Virus record (IMG/VR): IMGVR_UViG_3300020201_000071
Location: 1-33,305 of that record
Length of the DNA stretch: 33,305 nucleotides
Source: a virus
Strand: one strand, 5' to 3'
Made by a program: the position numbers and the translations under genes. Under the pieces are notes generated by a model. The model ran no database searches and was not told the origin of the DNA. It worked only from the letters and a program-made list of their open reading frames with translations. Position 1 is the stretch's first letter. The number at the start of each line of letters is the position of its first letter. Below are positions 1 to 10,936 of this stretch, in pieces.

Positions 1-236
1 TCTATTGATTCTGGTTTTTTTAAATTTAAATTAAATAAAGATTGAATATCAAATACAAATGGGAAAGTATTGCCAAAATAAGACTTCATCTTATATAAGT
101 CAAAACAAAAAAGTTTCTTGTCATAAAACTCAGAACTTAATTCAAGAGAATCTTTTAGTTCTGTAATTTCTTTAGTGTCGAGATTAAAAAGAAGAAACGT
201 TTCTTTATCTCCCGGAATGAAGTCGATGAAAAACAA
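1..236 (-). CDS. partial hypothetical protein (C-terminus outside window), possible TTG start
   Basis: Open minus frame reads (M)FFIDFIPGDKETFLLFNLDTKEITELKDSLELSSEFYDKKLFCFDLYKMKSYFGNTFPFVFDIQ...; not in supplied ORF track. Confidence 0.55.
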   Translation of the reverse strand, partial: MFFIDFIPGDKETFLLFNLDTKEITELKDSLELSSEFYDKKLFCFDLYKMKSYFGNTFPFVFDIQSLFNLNLKKPESI

Positions 237-251
237 ATTTTTCTCTTTCTT

Positions 252-1980
252 TTAATGCCAGCGAAAATTAATCTTTGTTTCAAATCCGATCTCTACTTAA
301 AGAATGTTGAACGGAAGAAATAATATATACAGCATCAACCATGAAAAGTCCAGTTGATAAATAAAACGCTCGTTGAGGTAACCAACCTACGTGTCCTATC
401 ATAGTTGAAGAACCTTGTAAAGGGAGTGTCAGTGGGTTTACTGGTCCTGTATTTATGTAATCTCCGTTAATTACCGGATCTCTTGGATTTTGATAAGCAG
501 CAGCAGCAGCTCTAGAAATCATGACAGCTTCCATTTGAGGGTCGTCAACGCGAGATAAACTAATTTCTTTTATGAAAGTATTGGCATTACCAAGAGCCAT
601 TAAAGGCAAATTAAAGTCTTTAGTGAATGTTCTCTCTACAGCTCCAGAAGATGATTTTCCAGTAGGCATTTCATTAGTTGTAATTGGTAGATTCGCCTTA
701 ATATCGAAAATAGATAATGTAAGTTTAGTGCCTGAGTTTGAAAAATTTGCTATTAATTTTGGCCAGCTAATTTTTTCTTTATCTTTACTTTTGCTATCAG
801 CTTCTTCTACTACATAAACTTCATCTTCTGCATAACTTATTAATTCAGTTAAGAGTTCTGAAATTGTTATACAAGTGGCTCCTTGTACTCTTTTTTCTTT
901 AATAAAACCCATGAATTTATCATAATTTATTAAAAGGTCAGCAACAGAAGTATTGCTTAATTTTTTTCCGGAAGATTTATTAAAAGTTCCATAAACAATT
1001 TCAAAGGTCTCTATTGGAATTGTTTTAGTTATAGCCTTTAAGGTATCGTCACACAATATATAAAAAATATCATGAAAAGTTAAAAAACGAACTTCTTTTG
1101 CGCCAGGTTTATTATTTAATTTACTTTTAGCTCTAAATTTTTTATCATGTAATTTAGTAACTGAAGCGAGAAAGTTTGTAGAAATTTTACCTTTAACTAC
1201 TTTAGCTCTATTTTCATATTTTTTTACACTAGCTGAAATTAAAGAATAATCATTTACATCTTTATTACTTTCTAATGCTTTGGCATATTTTAAGAATTTA
1301 TCTATCTGAGTATAGCTAATAGATAAATAACCATTTCCATCCTCTGGACCTAAATCCCCAATTAAAACCGCCGAAAGTGCTGAATTAAATGCCTTGCAAG
1401 TAACTACCAAATCAGCTTGGCCGGTCTTATCTAAGTTCATGGTATAGCTTATTACGCTCATTGACAAAACTTGTCGTTGACCTAAAAAATCATTCGAACT
1501 ATTCCATCCGTATTCTAATCTCAGCAGACAACCAGGAAATAATAAACCTAAAACTGCTTTATTTGACAAATCATTTTTCTTATGAATTTTTATTCTTAAA
1601 GTAACGTCTGTATAGCAAATATAACCAGATGCTTCACTAATAGAAATATCTATATTTTGCAATGATAAAGTTGGCCTATCACTATACCTTTCTTCTTGGC
1701 TTATTGCATTAAAATCTATTTGTTTATGAAAAAAAGAAACATTTAAATTATTTACAGATTTGCCAGAAAAATCTACAATATCTAGCTTAATATAAGGAAT
1801 TGCCTGCGCTAATTCTAATTGCGTTATTTTTGAAAAATCATCAGTAAAAGATTTTTCAAAATTGAAAAGAGGATTTAATAAATCTCCATTTGTTTTAGTC
1901 TTTTCTCTAAGAGAATTATTTTCGGCGCTTACTTTAGCGGGAGCTTTTCCTACGTAAAAATATTCTGGTTTTACTGTCAT
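252..1980 (-). CDS. baseplate/hub-like structural protein, one CGG +1 shift near the C-terminus
   Basis: ORF 280..1980 extended through CGG at 286..288 to ...SVQHSLSRD|GFETKINFRWH*; 1729 nt = 3n+1. Family call from general sequence character only. Confidence 0.6.
286..288 (-). other. CGG +1 recoding site 1: GAT [C] GGA; SLSRD|GFETKINFRWH
   Basis: 0-frame is CGG ATT TGA stop; 288 mod 3 = 1980 mod 3. Confidence 0.88.
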
Positions 1981-1981
1981 A

Positions 1982-2272
1982 TTAAAATAATTTAAGAACC
2001 GCGTCCAAATCAGTTGGAATCTTTAATATAGTCGGTTCAGTAGGACTAAAGCCACCCAAGGGATAATCTATATCATTAAATAAAGCAATAATCCAGTAAT
2101 AGCGTCCATCTCCAAAATATTTATGCGCTAGATTATCTAACCTATCATATTGAGTCGCAGTTATTTGAATCGTTGGAATTTCATCTAAGACATCTTGAGT
2201 TGGAAAATTTGGAGTTTCAAGAAATTGTCCATCTTCAATTGTGTTGTTATTTCGATATCTACTTAAACTCAC
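1982..2272 (-). CDS. LysM-like / T4 gp53-like baseplate wedge protein
   Basis: Intact 96 aa ORF; YDRLDNLAHKYFGDGRYYWIIALFNDI resembles the LysM-like motif of gp53-type baseplate proteins. Confidence 0.55.
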   Translation of the reverse strand: MSLSRYRNNNTIEDGQFLETPNFPTQDVLDEIPTIQITATQYDRLDNLAHKYFGDGRYYWIIALFNDIDYPLGGFSPTEPTILKIPTDLDAVLKLF

Positions 2273-2300
2273 TTTATTTTCCTCATTGAGGTAATCATTT

Positions 2301-5300
2301 TTAATTACCTCTTACCGTTTTAAAGATTTTTCTAATATCAGATATATTAGGAGTTGCAACTTTTATTGTCGAGCCTTCTTGAGTTACTTTGGCTGTTCCA
2401 AATGTATGTTTATTTCCATCTTTATATAAGCCAGGATTATGTTCATGAATAACTGTAAATCCAAGAGAGACTATAACTTTTCTTGGAACTTTAAAGTCTT
2501 TTTTAATATTCCAAGTTGTGTCATCATATGAAAAATCTAAAGAAGTAATATAACCAGGCAAGCCTTTATTTTCTGCTCCACAAAATAAGTCGCCTATTCT
2601 CATTCTAATAATTGGACCTGTCTTTAAGAATCCTTTATCGTCATAGAGAGGGTATACCATAGATTGTAGTTTTTGTAATTTTTTATACATTACGCCAAGA
2701 TCTTTAGGCCCCCAAGCAACGACATCAAAAGATAAATCTATACTTCTTCTAGTTCCCATATATGTCGGCACAGGATCCACTCTTCCGTAATAACTATCTT
2801 CACTCCAATCTGGAGAAAAACTTTCTCCCAAACCTGATTTAAGAAATGCTCTAAAATAAAGAAGATCGTCTGGTTGTCTCAAATCTTCAAACATAAATGG
2901 CATATAGTTTTCATCATCATCGATTGGACCAGTATGGAAGCCATCTTCTTCATCTACGGCATCAAAAGCAACATCTACATTATCTGGTAGATCTTTAGAT
3001 GAGATGCCAATTTTATCTGAATATTGCAATTTAGGTTTCGCAATAAACGTCATATCTCTTCCGCTTGCAAGAAGACCAGAACCGAAAGCGGGCTTTCCGT
3101 CAAATATGGATAGGTTTTTTAGACCAGGAATACCGGCATTTGGATAAAATACTTCATTTTCTTTAGATTCTAATTTCTCCAAAGGATAAATGGCATTCTC
3201 TAGACCATATTTTCTTTCTTCGTTATATAAGTTAGTATGGACTCCTAGTTTTGCGGCTATAGTATCGGTATTACCATTTGTGATCATTTCAATCGTAGTT
3301 GGTTTGGATAATCTTAATGGACTTTCATCGTCTAAAGTTTCAGTCGTACCTCCATTAAGATTTCCAATGAAACCAGTTCCAATAGGAATCGGGCTTCTTA
3401 ATTGATTTAGTCTTTGAATTGGAGCTACTTCTGCGTAGATACCTTTTCTAATTAAAAGTAATCTTTCACCAACTAAAGGAGCGCCACCAGCTACTACGGA
3501 AGCTGCTAAATTAGTTTTATAAGTTGAAATCATATTACCGATCGTAGGTCTTTCGCTTGGTGAAATTCCTCTAGCAGGTAAAAATGCACTTAAAATAGAA
3601 AGTGGATTATAAATTAAATTTGCAACACCGTATGCTTGCGGATCTCCTTTATTTAGAGATGCTAATAAAAATTGAGTTGCAATAAATGTTATTGATTTTT
3701 GTAAAGTTTCTGAGCCATTTGGTCCACCTGGTTGATTAGACCTAACTGGACCTTGAAAAGTTCCTTCGTTTGAACCTTTAGCGTTTTGAAATTTAGGAAG
3801 AAAGAAAACTTCACTTCCAACATTTCTTACCCAGTGTGCAATTGCGAAAATATCAAAATATTTTGTTGGACCTGGAAATATACCATAAGGTCCACCTTTA
3901 ATAAATGATACGGGACTATTATTATAAAGGTTATTTTTTATATCTTGATCTGCTGGTACGAACTGTTTGTAAGTTTGCTCAGTAAGTTCATCGCGCAATA
4001 ATGGCGTACCTGGGGTACCGTCTGGAGTAAGTGGAATGCCGTTTCTAATGTCTTTATAAATTTCTTCACGAGTTTGCTGTAAAGGCGAACCATTTGATTC
4101 TACCTTATGAGGAAACAATCCCTCTTCAGCTATTTGCTTTATATTTAAAGGTGGAGCTGGTGGTTTCCCGTTCTTAACATTTTCGTCGCCTTTAGATAGA
4201 TTAGACCCTGGCCATCTACCAATATTACTATTGATATTTGGCTGAGTAAAATCGCGAGCTTTTTCATAAATTTCTTTTCTATGAGATTCATCGTGACCAA
4301 TATCAGGAATAAAATCAGGATTACTTCTTACATTATTTAATTGCTTGCTAATGTCATCTGGAATTTTATTTACATCATTACCAACTGCATATTTTACATC
4401 TGTAAATGGACGAACAGCAGATCCTTTTTCAGCGGTAGGATAGTCAGAACCTTTATAGATTTCTTCTCTAGTTAAAGGCTTTACAGTTGAATTTTTTGGT
4501 TGCGATGCAATGTTATTTTGAATTTGATTTAATTGATCTGTAATGTCGCTAGGAATTTTATTTACATCATTGCCATAAATATCGTTTTTATTTAAATCTC
4601 TTGGAAGTTGCGTTCCTGGAGGTAAAACTTTATCTAAAATATTTTTAGCTTGCGTATTTGGTTGAATTGGACGAATGATAGAATCATCTGCAATCAACAA
4701 TGGCTGATCAATGGCTACGCCGCGAATATCTCTATAAATGTCATCTCTTGTAAGTTTTGTATTTAAAGAAGCGTCTCTACTTACTTGTTCCAAAATATCA
4801 GTTGGAATATTCCCAATGTCATTTCCATTTACAGAAGGTCCAATAGGAGCCCCAGAACTAACATTTGGATAGTTACTACCATTATAAATATCGTTCTTAT
4901 CAAGAACTCTTGGAAGTTGCGTACCAGGAGGAATTATTTGACTTTCGATGTTGCTTGCTTGCGCTTCAGGCAATAATGGAATTTGATTAACTAAAGTACC
5001 GGCGTAAATTGAATCGCGTGTAAGTTTAGAATCTAAAGGTTCTGAAATTCCTATTTGTTGTTCTGGAATATTCAAAGGAGGAATTGCGGGAGAATACATC
5101 TCCGTTCTTAACGGTCTATTTGTATCTAATGGAGTAGAAACATTATTTAGCTGATCTTCTACATCCGGAGGATATGAAGGAACATTATTATAGATCGCAG
5201 CTCTTTTTGCAAAAGGAGTGCTTGCAGCATGTTTACCGAATGGGTGGAACTGGATTTAAAAACGCAGGTCTATTATCATGAGTATACGGAAAGACATGTT

Positions 5301-5658
5301 GAGATGAATTAATTCCAGTTAATTCATCATGTGGATGAATAGGATCAGGACCATTAATACGTAATGGTCCACGATTATCCAAAAAGGCAGGTCTGTCATT
5401 GTGAATGCTCGGCGAAGATGGGAAAACATCATTCTTTGCGTTTATACCGACCTTTCCTTTGTGGGGATGCTCTGGCATAGGACCATTAAAAGAAAGCGGC
5501 CTAGTGTCGTTTACGTTCGCTTGCGGCACAGGATACGCAGACCCGAGCTTCTTAATATGGTTCTTATAAGTATCTAAATCCGTATAGATAGCATTTTGAA
5601 GAATATTGCCAATTAAAAGGTCAACAAGATTCAATAATTTATCATTATTCTTTGCCAT
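2301..5658 (-). CDS. large baseplate-associated structural protein with repetitive N-terminal linker region, one CGG +1 shift
   Basis: ORFs 5233..5658 and 2301..5099 join through CGG at 5236..5238; the frame between 5235 and 5099 is open (GKHAASTPFAKRAAIYNNVPSYPPDVEDQLNNVSTPLDTNRPLRTE). 3358 nt = 3n+1. Confidence 0.7.
5236..5238 (-). other. CGG +1 recoding site 2: ATT [C] GGT; NPVPPI|GKHAASTPF
   Basis: 0-frame CGG TAA; phase matches 5658. Confidence 0.85.
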
Positions 5659-5659
5659 A

Positions 5660-8471
5660 TTATCCTCTTGCCTTCTGCATTAGACCTTTGCCGATGTAAG
5701 ATCCGTCTGTGTCTGTTAGCATAATTTTTTGACCAGCAGATAATGAATTAGATAGTTTGTCAATTGAAGCTTGCAACATATTTACTGTTTTTATTAATTC
5801 TTTATTATCCACACTAACAACCGTTTGTTTGTTTTCGCCCTGATTAACTTTCTTCATGTCCTTGCGAACAAGAATATTATCTTCTTCAGATATACCTATG
5901 GTTTTTCCAGACTTATGAATGTAAGCATCTTGGACATTAGTATCAGGCTTTTTAATGCTCATTGTATTATATTTTATAAAAAAATCTTTCATACCATCAA
6001 ACATGTTGCTAATGCCGCTAGTTGTAGTGGCGATATCTTTTGTTACTGGAACTTCTTTTTTTGATCTATTTGTGTCTATTGCTTCTTCTTCTTCTTTTTG
6101 CTTAGCCAAAATAATAGCATCTTCTTCTTGTTCTCTTTGTTTTCTTGTTTTCTTTTTATCTATAGCTAATTGAATAGCTGCGTCTTTTGATTTTTGTATA
6201 TGATATTTATCTGCTTCTTTTTGGTCTAGCGGTACTTGATTAATCATTCTATTGCTTTCATCTACTACCTTACGCAGAGATTCTTGATTTCTTTTTTTAA
6301 ATTTCTCGCCGACCAGATAAATCATTAAATTTATCTATCCCTGGAGCTGCATTATCAGCCGTCGATCTAGCGCGAGCAAGTAAATCCTTATTTTCTCCTT
6401 TATTTATCATAGCAAGTTGCGCAATATATAGGGTATCTTCTTCTCTTGTAAGTTTTTTTATTGCTAATAAATCTTCAGCTTCTTTCACTGGCTTTCTTAT
6501 TAACTCAAGAAGTTTATCTGCGTTATTCGTCGGAGAAAAGAATCTAGCTAACCCTTCCCTAAGTACAGTTATTTTAAGAGTAGCTTCGTCTATAGCTCCA
6601 GTAATAGTCTTTATTGCGTTTGCCGCTACATCGGCAGTCTTCATCACTGTAGTGCCTGCATCCTTACCACCAAATAATTTAACAATAAAATTAGAAGCAG
6701 AGCGCATTAATTGATCAAGCAACGGTCCCCATGCAAGAAGAGTCTTCTTAATACTGCCCATTCCGGCATTCCATTTTTCATCAATATTAATTTGATTTTT
6801 TTTTGCTCTTGCTTTTTCCTCCAAACCTTTTCTTTCTTTTGCGGAAGACAATATTAATGCAGCTTGAGATTTTTCAACGCCTAAACTAGAAGTAATAACG
6901 TTCTGCTCGAATACACTTAATTTTTCCCATGATTTGCCTTGATTTTCTAATGAACTACGTATCATTTCCATACGTTTCATTGGATTTGTTTCAAGCATTA
7001 ACTCTAGTGAATTAACTGATGTTCCAAAAACTGCATTCAATTTCGAAGCAGCATTAGCAGAACCTTCAAATGTATCAAGTTGTTCTCCGAAGGCAGCATC
7101 AATTTCTTTAATAGATAAGCCATAACTCTTTGCTTTTGCTGCTGCTTTGGCAAATACTTGCGCATTTTTTGTGCCGAATCTAGCTAGTAAATTTGGAGCT
7201 TGACCAATATCGCGCAAGACATCGTTAACAGGAAGTCCGTATTTCTTTGCTTCCGCAGCGCCGACTTTAAACGAATCGTTTAATTCTTTAACTGAAAGAC
7301 CACTTTTTTGAAACTGAACTATTAGACTTCCGGCTTCATCGCCGGTGAGTCCAAGAACTGCCGTCAATTCTTTACCAGTTTTTAAAACTTCCGGAGGAAT
7401 CTTAATACCAGTTTTTAAACCAATAGCAAGATCTCTTATAAGGCCAGCACCTTCTTCAAAGCTCATTCCTAGCATTTCAAATTCAACACCAGCAGATTGC
7501 ATTTGACTATTAAGTCCGCGCCGTAGCTTTAGTGCCTACTCCAATTTGTTTATTGAATTCAGCATTCGCAGGAATTACTTTTTTATCAAGAAAATCCCAA
7601 TAATTAGCAAATAATTTATATAATACGGTTGCTATGACTACTGCGGATGATAGCGCAATAACCAGCGTAGCTACTGCAAGAGTGGCACCTGCTGCCGCTA
7701 AGCCTGCAGCGGTACCTAATGATTTAAAGGTTGTAGCTAATGAGCCGGCCAATCTTGCCAACTTTACTAAAGACTTTAGAAAAAATACCACCTTCTTGGT
7801 GAGCTTTCAATAATGCGGGAGCCCATCCGCCCATACTAGTTAAGATACTGTTAGCAGCTATCGAAGGATCTCTTATCTTTTGACCAAGATCGTCCACGAT
7901 ATCTTTTACATTGCCCATCGAAAGAACAACTTTATTATTAATTTTTAGTTGTCTTGCCGTTAAATTAAGATTTCTTTCAAAATCATTAGTGATATCTTCT
8001 CTTACTTTTCCAAGTTGAGCTTCTGCTTCTTGTCTGTCTTTATAGAATTTCTCTAATTTATCATGATGATCTAATTCTTTCTTAATAGAATTTTCTTCTT
8101 CATCTAATTTCTTTTTAGCTGCCCCTTCTGCTTCTTTCAATCCTTTTTCAACAGTCTTCCAAATTTCTTTCTGCATTTTCAAGAAATATCCGGAATCTGT
8201 TTGCATCTTCTTTTGAAGATCGTTTGTTGATTTAAAATTCTTTCCAAGTTCTTCTGAATTGAAAAGAACGTCAGTTAAGACTTTTTCAAAATCTAAAGTT
8301 TGTTTTGTGCCTTTAGCGATATGATCGGTAAGAGTTTTTGATGAAGTATTAATATTACCCATTACCAGAGCAATATCTTTAAAGACAGAGCTTAAAACTT
8401 TAGCTGTTTCTAAAGCTTCTTTATTATTATTAACACCGTCCAGAATTTGGATCAGAAGGATCGTTAGCCAA
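5660..8471 (-). CDS. tail tape measure protein, about 935 aa, four CGG +1 shifts
   Basis: TTG start at 8471 (MANDPSDPNSG|GVNNNKEALETAK...); ORFs 7724..8362, 7510..7791, 6297..7502 and 5660..6325 join through four in-phase CGGs. Coiled-coil, hydrophobic and tape-measure-like regions (GLNSQMQSAGVEFEMLGMSFEEGAGLIRDL). 2812 nt = 3n+4 skipped. Confidence 0.8.
6309..6311 (-). other. CGG +1 recoding site 3: GGT [C] GGC; NDLSG|GEKFKKRNQES
   Basis: 0-frame CGG CGA GAA ATT TAA; phase matches 7502. Confidence 0.88.
7516..7518 (-). other. CGG +1 recoding site 4: GCG [C] GGA; GTKATA|GLNSQMQSAGVEF
   Basis: 0-frame CGG ACT TAA; phase matches 7791. Confidence 0.9.
7745..7747 (-). other. CGG +1 recoding site 5: GGC [C] GGC; FSKVGKIG|GSLATTFKSLGTAAG
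   Basis: 0-frame ends ...RLISYNL*; phase matches 8362. Confidence 0.9.
8436..8438 (-). other. CGG +1 recoding site 6: GGA [C] GGT; DPSDPNSG|GVNNNKEALETAK
   Basis: 0-frame CGG TGT TAA; phase matches TTG start at 8471. Confidence 0.85.
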
Positions 8472-8487
8472 TTATTTCAAAGCCTCA

Positions 8488-8838
8488 TTAGATTCTATAC
8501 AACTGCTTAAGAATTTTCGGAATTTCAATATCATATTTTGAAAAGAAAGCTACAATATTGCTCTTCGTATTATTTGCGTTATTGTTTACTTCTTCTCTTT
8601 CTTTTTCTAAAACTTGAAATTCTGAAATCCTTTGTTTATAAATAGCGTCAATTTCTAATAATTTCTCTTTAATGAGGTTTAGTTGAATTAAGGTTGTACT
8701 TGGCTTAGGAAGTTTGTTGCCGGCGCTATCTACATAAAAAAGCTCATCATACATAAATTGTAGTCGAGCCATTTGCACATTTGCGTGTTTTTGAAATTCT
8801 TTAGCTAGCGCTAACTGCTCTTGTTTACTAATAAACAT
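8488..8838 (-). CDS. hypothetical coiled-coil-like protein
   Basis: Intact 116 aa ORF between tail genes, same orientation. Confidence 0.6.
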   Translation of the reverse strand: MFISKQEQLALAKEFQKHANVQMARLQFMYDELFYVDSAGNKLPKPSTTLIQLNLIKEKLLEIDAIYKQRISEFQVLEKEREEVNNNANNTKSNIVAFFSKYDIEIPKILKQLYRI

Positions 8839-8869
8839 CTAGTTAACGTATACGCAGCTAGGCGTAAAG

Positions 8870-9052
8870 TCAAGCTTTTTTCTTATATTTTTCTCTTTGA
8901 CTAGCAGGCAGCGGAGTATCAAGATCTTGCATAGGAGGCTTATTGCCTTGCTCTTTTTCTTTTTGAGTATTCCAACGTCTCTTAAACCATTCGCGAATTG
9001 GCACCGGAATATCTAAAACCTGATCATAAGAATGTCCAGGAAACATATACAT
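8870..9052 (-). CDS. small tail/baseplate assembly chaperone-like protein; frame is open upstream to about 9110
   Basis: Frame upstream reads LTLAPKEFFLEDIFAFMYMFPGHSYDQVLDIPVPIREWFKRRW; position directly after the gp26-like gene. Confidence 0.5.
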   Translation of the reverse strand: MYMFPGHSYDQVLDIPVPIREWFKRRWNTQKEKEQGNKPPMQDLDTPLPASQREKYKKKA

Positions 9053-9083
9053 AAAAGCAAAAATATCTTCTAAAAAGAATTCT

Positions 9084-9960
9084 TTAGGTGCCAGCGTCAG
9101 GCCAAAAAAAGCTCATGCCAAGTGGCATGTCAACCTCACTTTCAGCTTGACAATGGGCACAGACAACCTTTTGCTTCATATCTACACCAGGTTCAATTTC
9201 ATCAATATATTTTCTTAAAGCTCTGGCATCTCCAGCTCTCATATTCAAAACATATTGCATAATTTTTTGTCTATCTGATTCACCATTAATTGTAATGATA
9301 GCGTGAGCAAGTCTTGTAGTAACGGCATTTTCAATTTGACCGCCAAGCTTACGTCTTCCTTCAATAATTTTAGAAACTTCAGTTTCATCTTCGCCCGTCA
9401 AAAGACGGAAATGAACTTCAGTTCCAGCCATCGGAAGAACGAAAGAAAATAAATTCAAATTAGCTTGAAGCGGGGCTGCACCTAAAGGTTTCAATGTAAG
9501 GTTAGCTAAAGAAAAAGCATTTTCAAAAACTTTATCGCATTCTCTACAAGTAATTTTTGCATGGTACTCAGAGCCATATCCTGTAACTCTTAAACCAATT
9601 AAGATTGCATTTCTATCTCCAGTAAGCATTTGATCTGGATTAACTAACTTATTAGTAATACAGTTCTTTAGAAGCTGAGAAATTACCGTGCCATTTTTAA
9701 TTAAAGCCTTCGACGAGAGGACGTCTTCGTCCCTTCCGGCTCATGCAGCGAATTTCTACCGCTTCTTCATTGCAAAGAGGATGACCAAGAGGATAAATAG
9801 CTCCTTTACTTGGAAGCGTAACAGCCTCCACAGGAACTTGCGCATAATGCTGTTGCTGTGTTTGTTGTGTTTGTTGTGTTTGCGGTCTTTGTTGAACTTG
9901 CGGCTGTTCATTGGTTGGTTGCTGCTCCGCGAATGGATTTGATGGTAACTGTTCAGACAT
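9084..9960 (-). CDS. T4 baseplate hub assembly protein family (PF12322-like), one CGG +1 shift
   Basis: ORFs 9697..9960 and 9084..9629 join through CGG at 9736..9738: PLCNEEAVEIRCMS|GRDEDVLSSKALIKNGTVISQLLKNCITNKLVNPDQMLTGDRNAILIGLRVTGYG; paired zinc-binding-like CRECD / CAHCQ motifs. 877 nt = 3n+1. Confidence 0.85.
9736..9738 (-). other. CGG +1 recoding site 7: AGC [C] GGA; EIRCMS|GRDEDVLSSKALIKNG
   Basis: Phase matches 9960; continuation is family-like. Confidence 0.92.
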
Positions 9961-10300
9961 TTAATTCTCCCTTTTGTTTTTTTAACTTATATTCTATAAA
10001 CTTTTTGATAATATCGCCATGACATTTTGCTGGAAAACACCAGCAAACAAGATTAATATCCGATTCTTTTGCTATTTCTACTAAAGTATCTGCAGCTTCC
10101 TTAAAGGAAGGATCTGTCTTATATTGTTCTATAAAATGAGGAATATATTTTTCTATAGCTTCTTCTCTTGTCTTGGTTTTTATTGCATCTGCATATTTTG
10201 AATCCATATGAGACCAAGGATTGCCAAAAATAGTCGGCCTCGAAATACAATAATCGTTTTCTGTCGAAATATGAAAATGTTTATTGACGATGTTAATCAT
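9953..10300 (-). CDS. DUF4326-like protein
   Basis: CISRPTIFGNPWS ... LVCWCFPAKCHGDII pattern typical of DUF4326 proteins. Confidence 0.75.
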   Translation of the reverse strand: MINIVNKHFHISTENDYCISRPTIFGNPWSHMDSKYADAIKTKTREEAIEKYIPHFIEQYKTDPSFKEAADTLVEIAKESDINLVCWCFPAKCHGDIIKKFIEYKLKKQKGELNV

Positions 10301-10307
10301 TCAATGC

Positions 10308-10318
10308 ATATAAGTATA
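10308..10318 (-). promoter_or_regulatory. related motif ATATAAGTATA upstream of the DUF4326-like gene
   Basis: Shares 11 nt with the motifs upstream of sheath and tube. Confidence 0.35.
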
Positions 10319-10389
10319 TGATTTAGAAAAAAATGTAAAGGAAATTTAAGAGGAAGGATTTGATTAAGCAGTGCTTATAACGCAATGCA

Positions 10390-10879
10390 TTAAAATAAGA
10401 GGACAGCTTGGTCAAAGCGAATTGTAAGAGCTTGTTCAACAAGGTCGCTAGAAGCATAATCTAGGTCGCCACCATTGACGTCTTGTACCCATGCACCTTG
10501 TAGCTCCCAATCTTCAACAACTGCGCCTACAGGGTCTAGGAGCTTTAGGTTAATGTTCTTTTTATAGAACTGTGCGTATCCGCATACGACCAGTTAGGTT
10601 TTCCCAACAAAGTCTTACCCATTCGTAAACTTTTTGTGAAGCCGAAGGAACAATAGGATCATATAAAGTCAAAGTAAGTGGAGCCCAAGTACCTTTACCT
10701 GCAATCCATCTTTTTTGGTTTAAGTAATCAACTGGTGTTTCTTCAAACGTTAATTGTGGTCTTGACGACGTTTTTGCCGTGAAAGAATCAATTCCATTGA
10801 TTGCAATAATCCATCTATTCTTACGTTTGGGTTCGTAAGAATCTGCTAACATTTGGGAAACTTCTAATATTTCTGCCAT
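10390..10879 (-). CDS. tail tube protein (T4 gp19-like), one CGG +1 shift
   Basis: ORF 10562..10879 continues through CGG at 10580..10582: ENLTGRM|GYAQFYKKNINLKLLDPVGAVVEDWELQGAWVQDVNGGDLDYASSDLVEQALTIRFDQAVLLF*; 490 nt = 3n+1; adjacent to sheath gene. Confidence 0.88.
10580..10582 (-). other. CGG +1 recoding site 8: ATG [C] GGA; LTGRM|GYAQFYKKNINLKLLDPVG
   Basis: Phase matches 10879; adds 64 aa to complete the tube protein. Confidence 0.93.
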
Positions 10880-10900
10880 TTTTTAAATCACATCCTCTTT

Positions 10901-10913
10901 TATATAAGTATAG
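10901..10913 (-). promoter_or_regulatory. putative late-promoter-like motif upstream of tail tube
   Basis: + strand TATATAAGTATAG, same as 13454..13466. Confidence 0.4.
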
Positions 10914-10936
10914 CCGACTAAGACTATTACCAAATT

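Noticed and set aside
5660-8471. Five separate small tail genes as in the ORF track
   Set aside because: The junctions share phase-correct CGG sites, open sequence extends upstream of the nominal start codons, and the joined protein is continuous and tape-measure-like.
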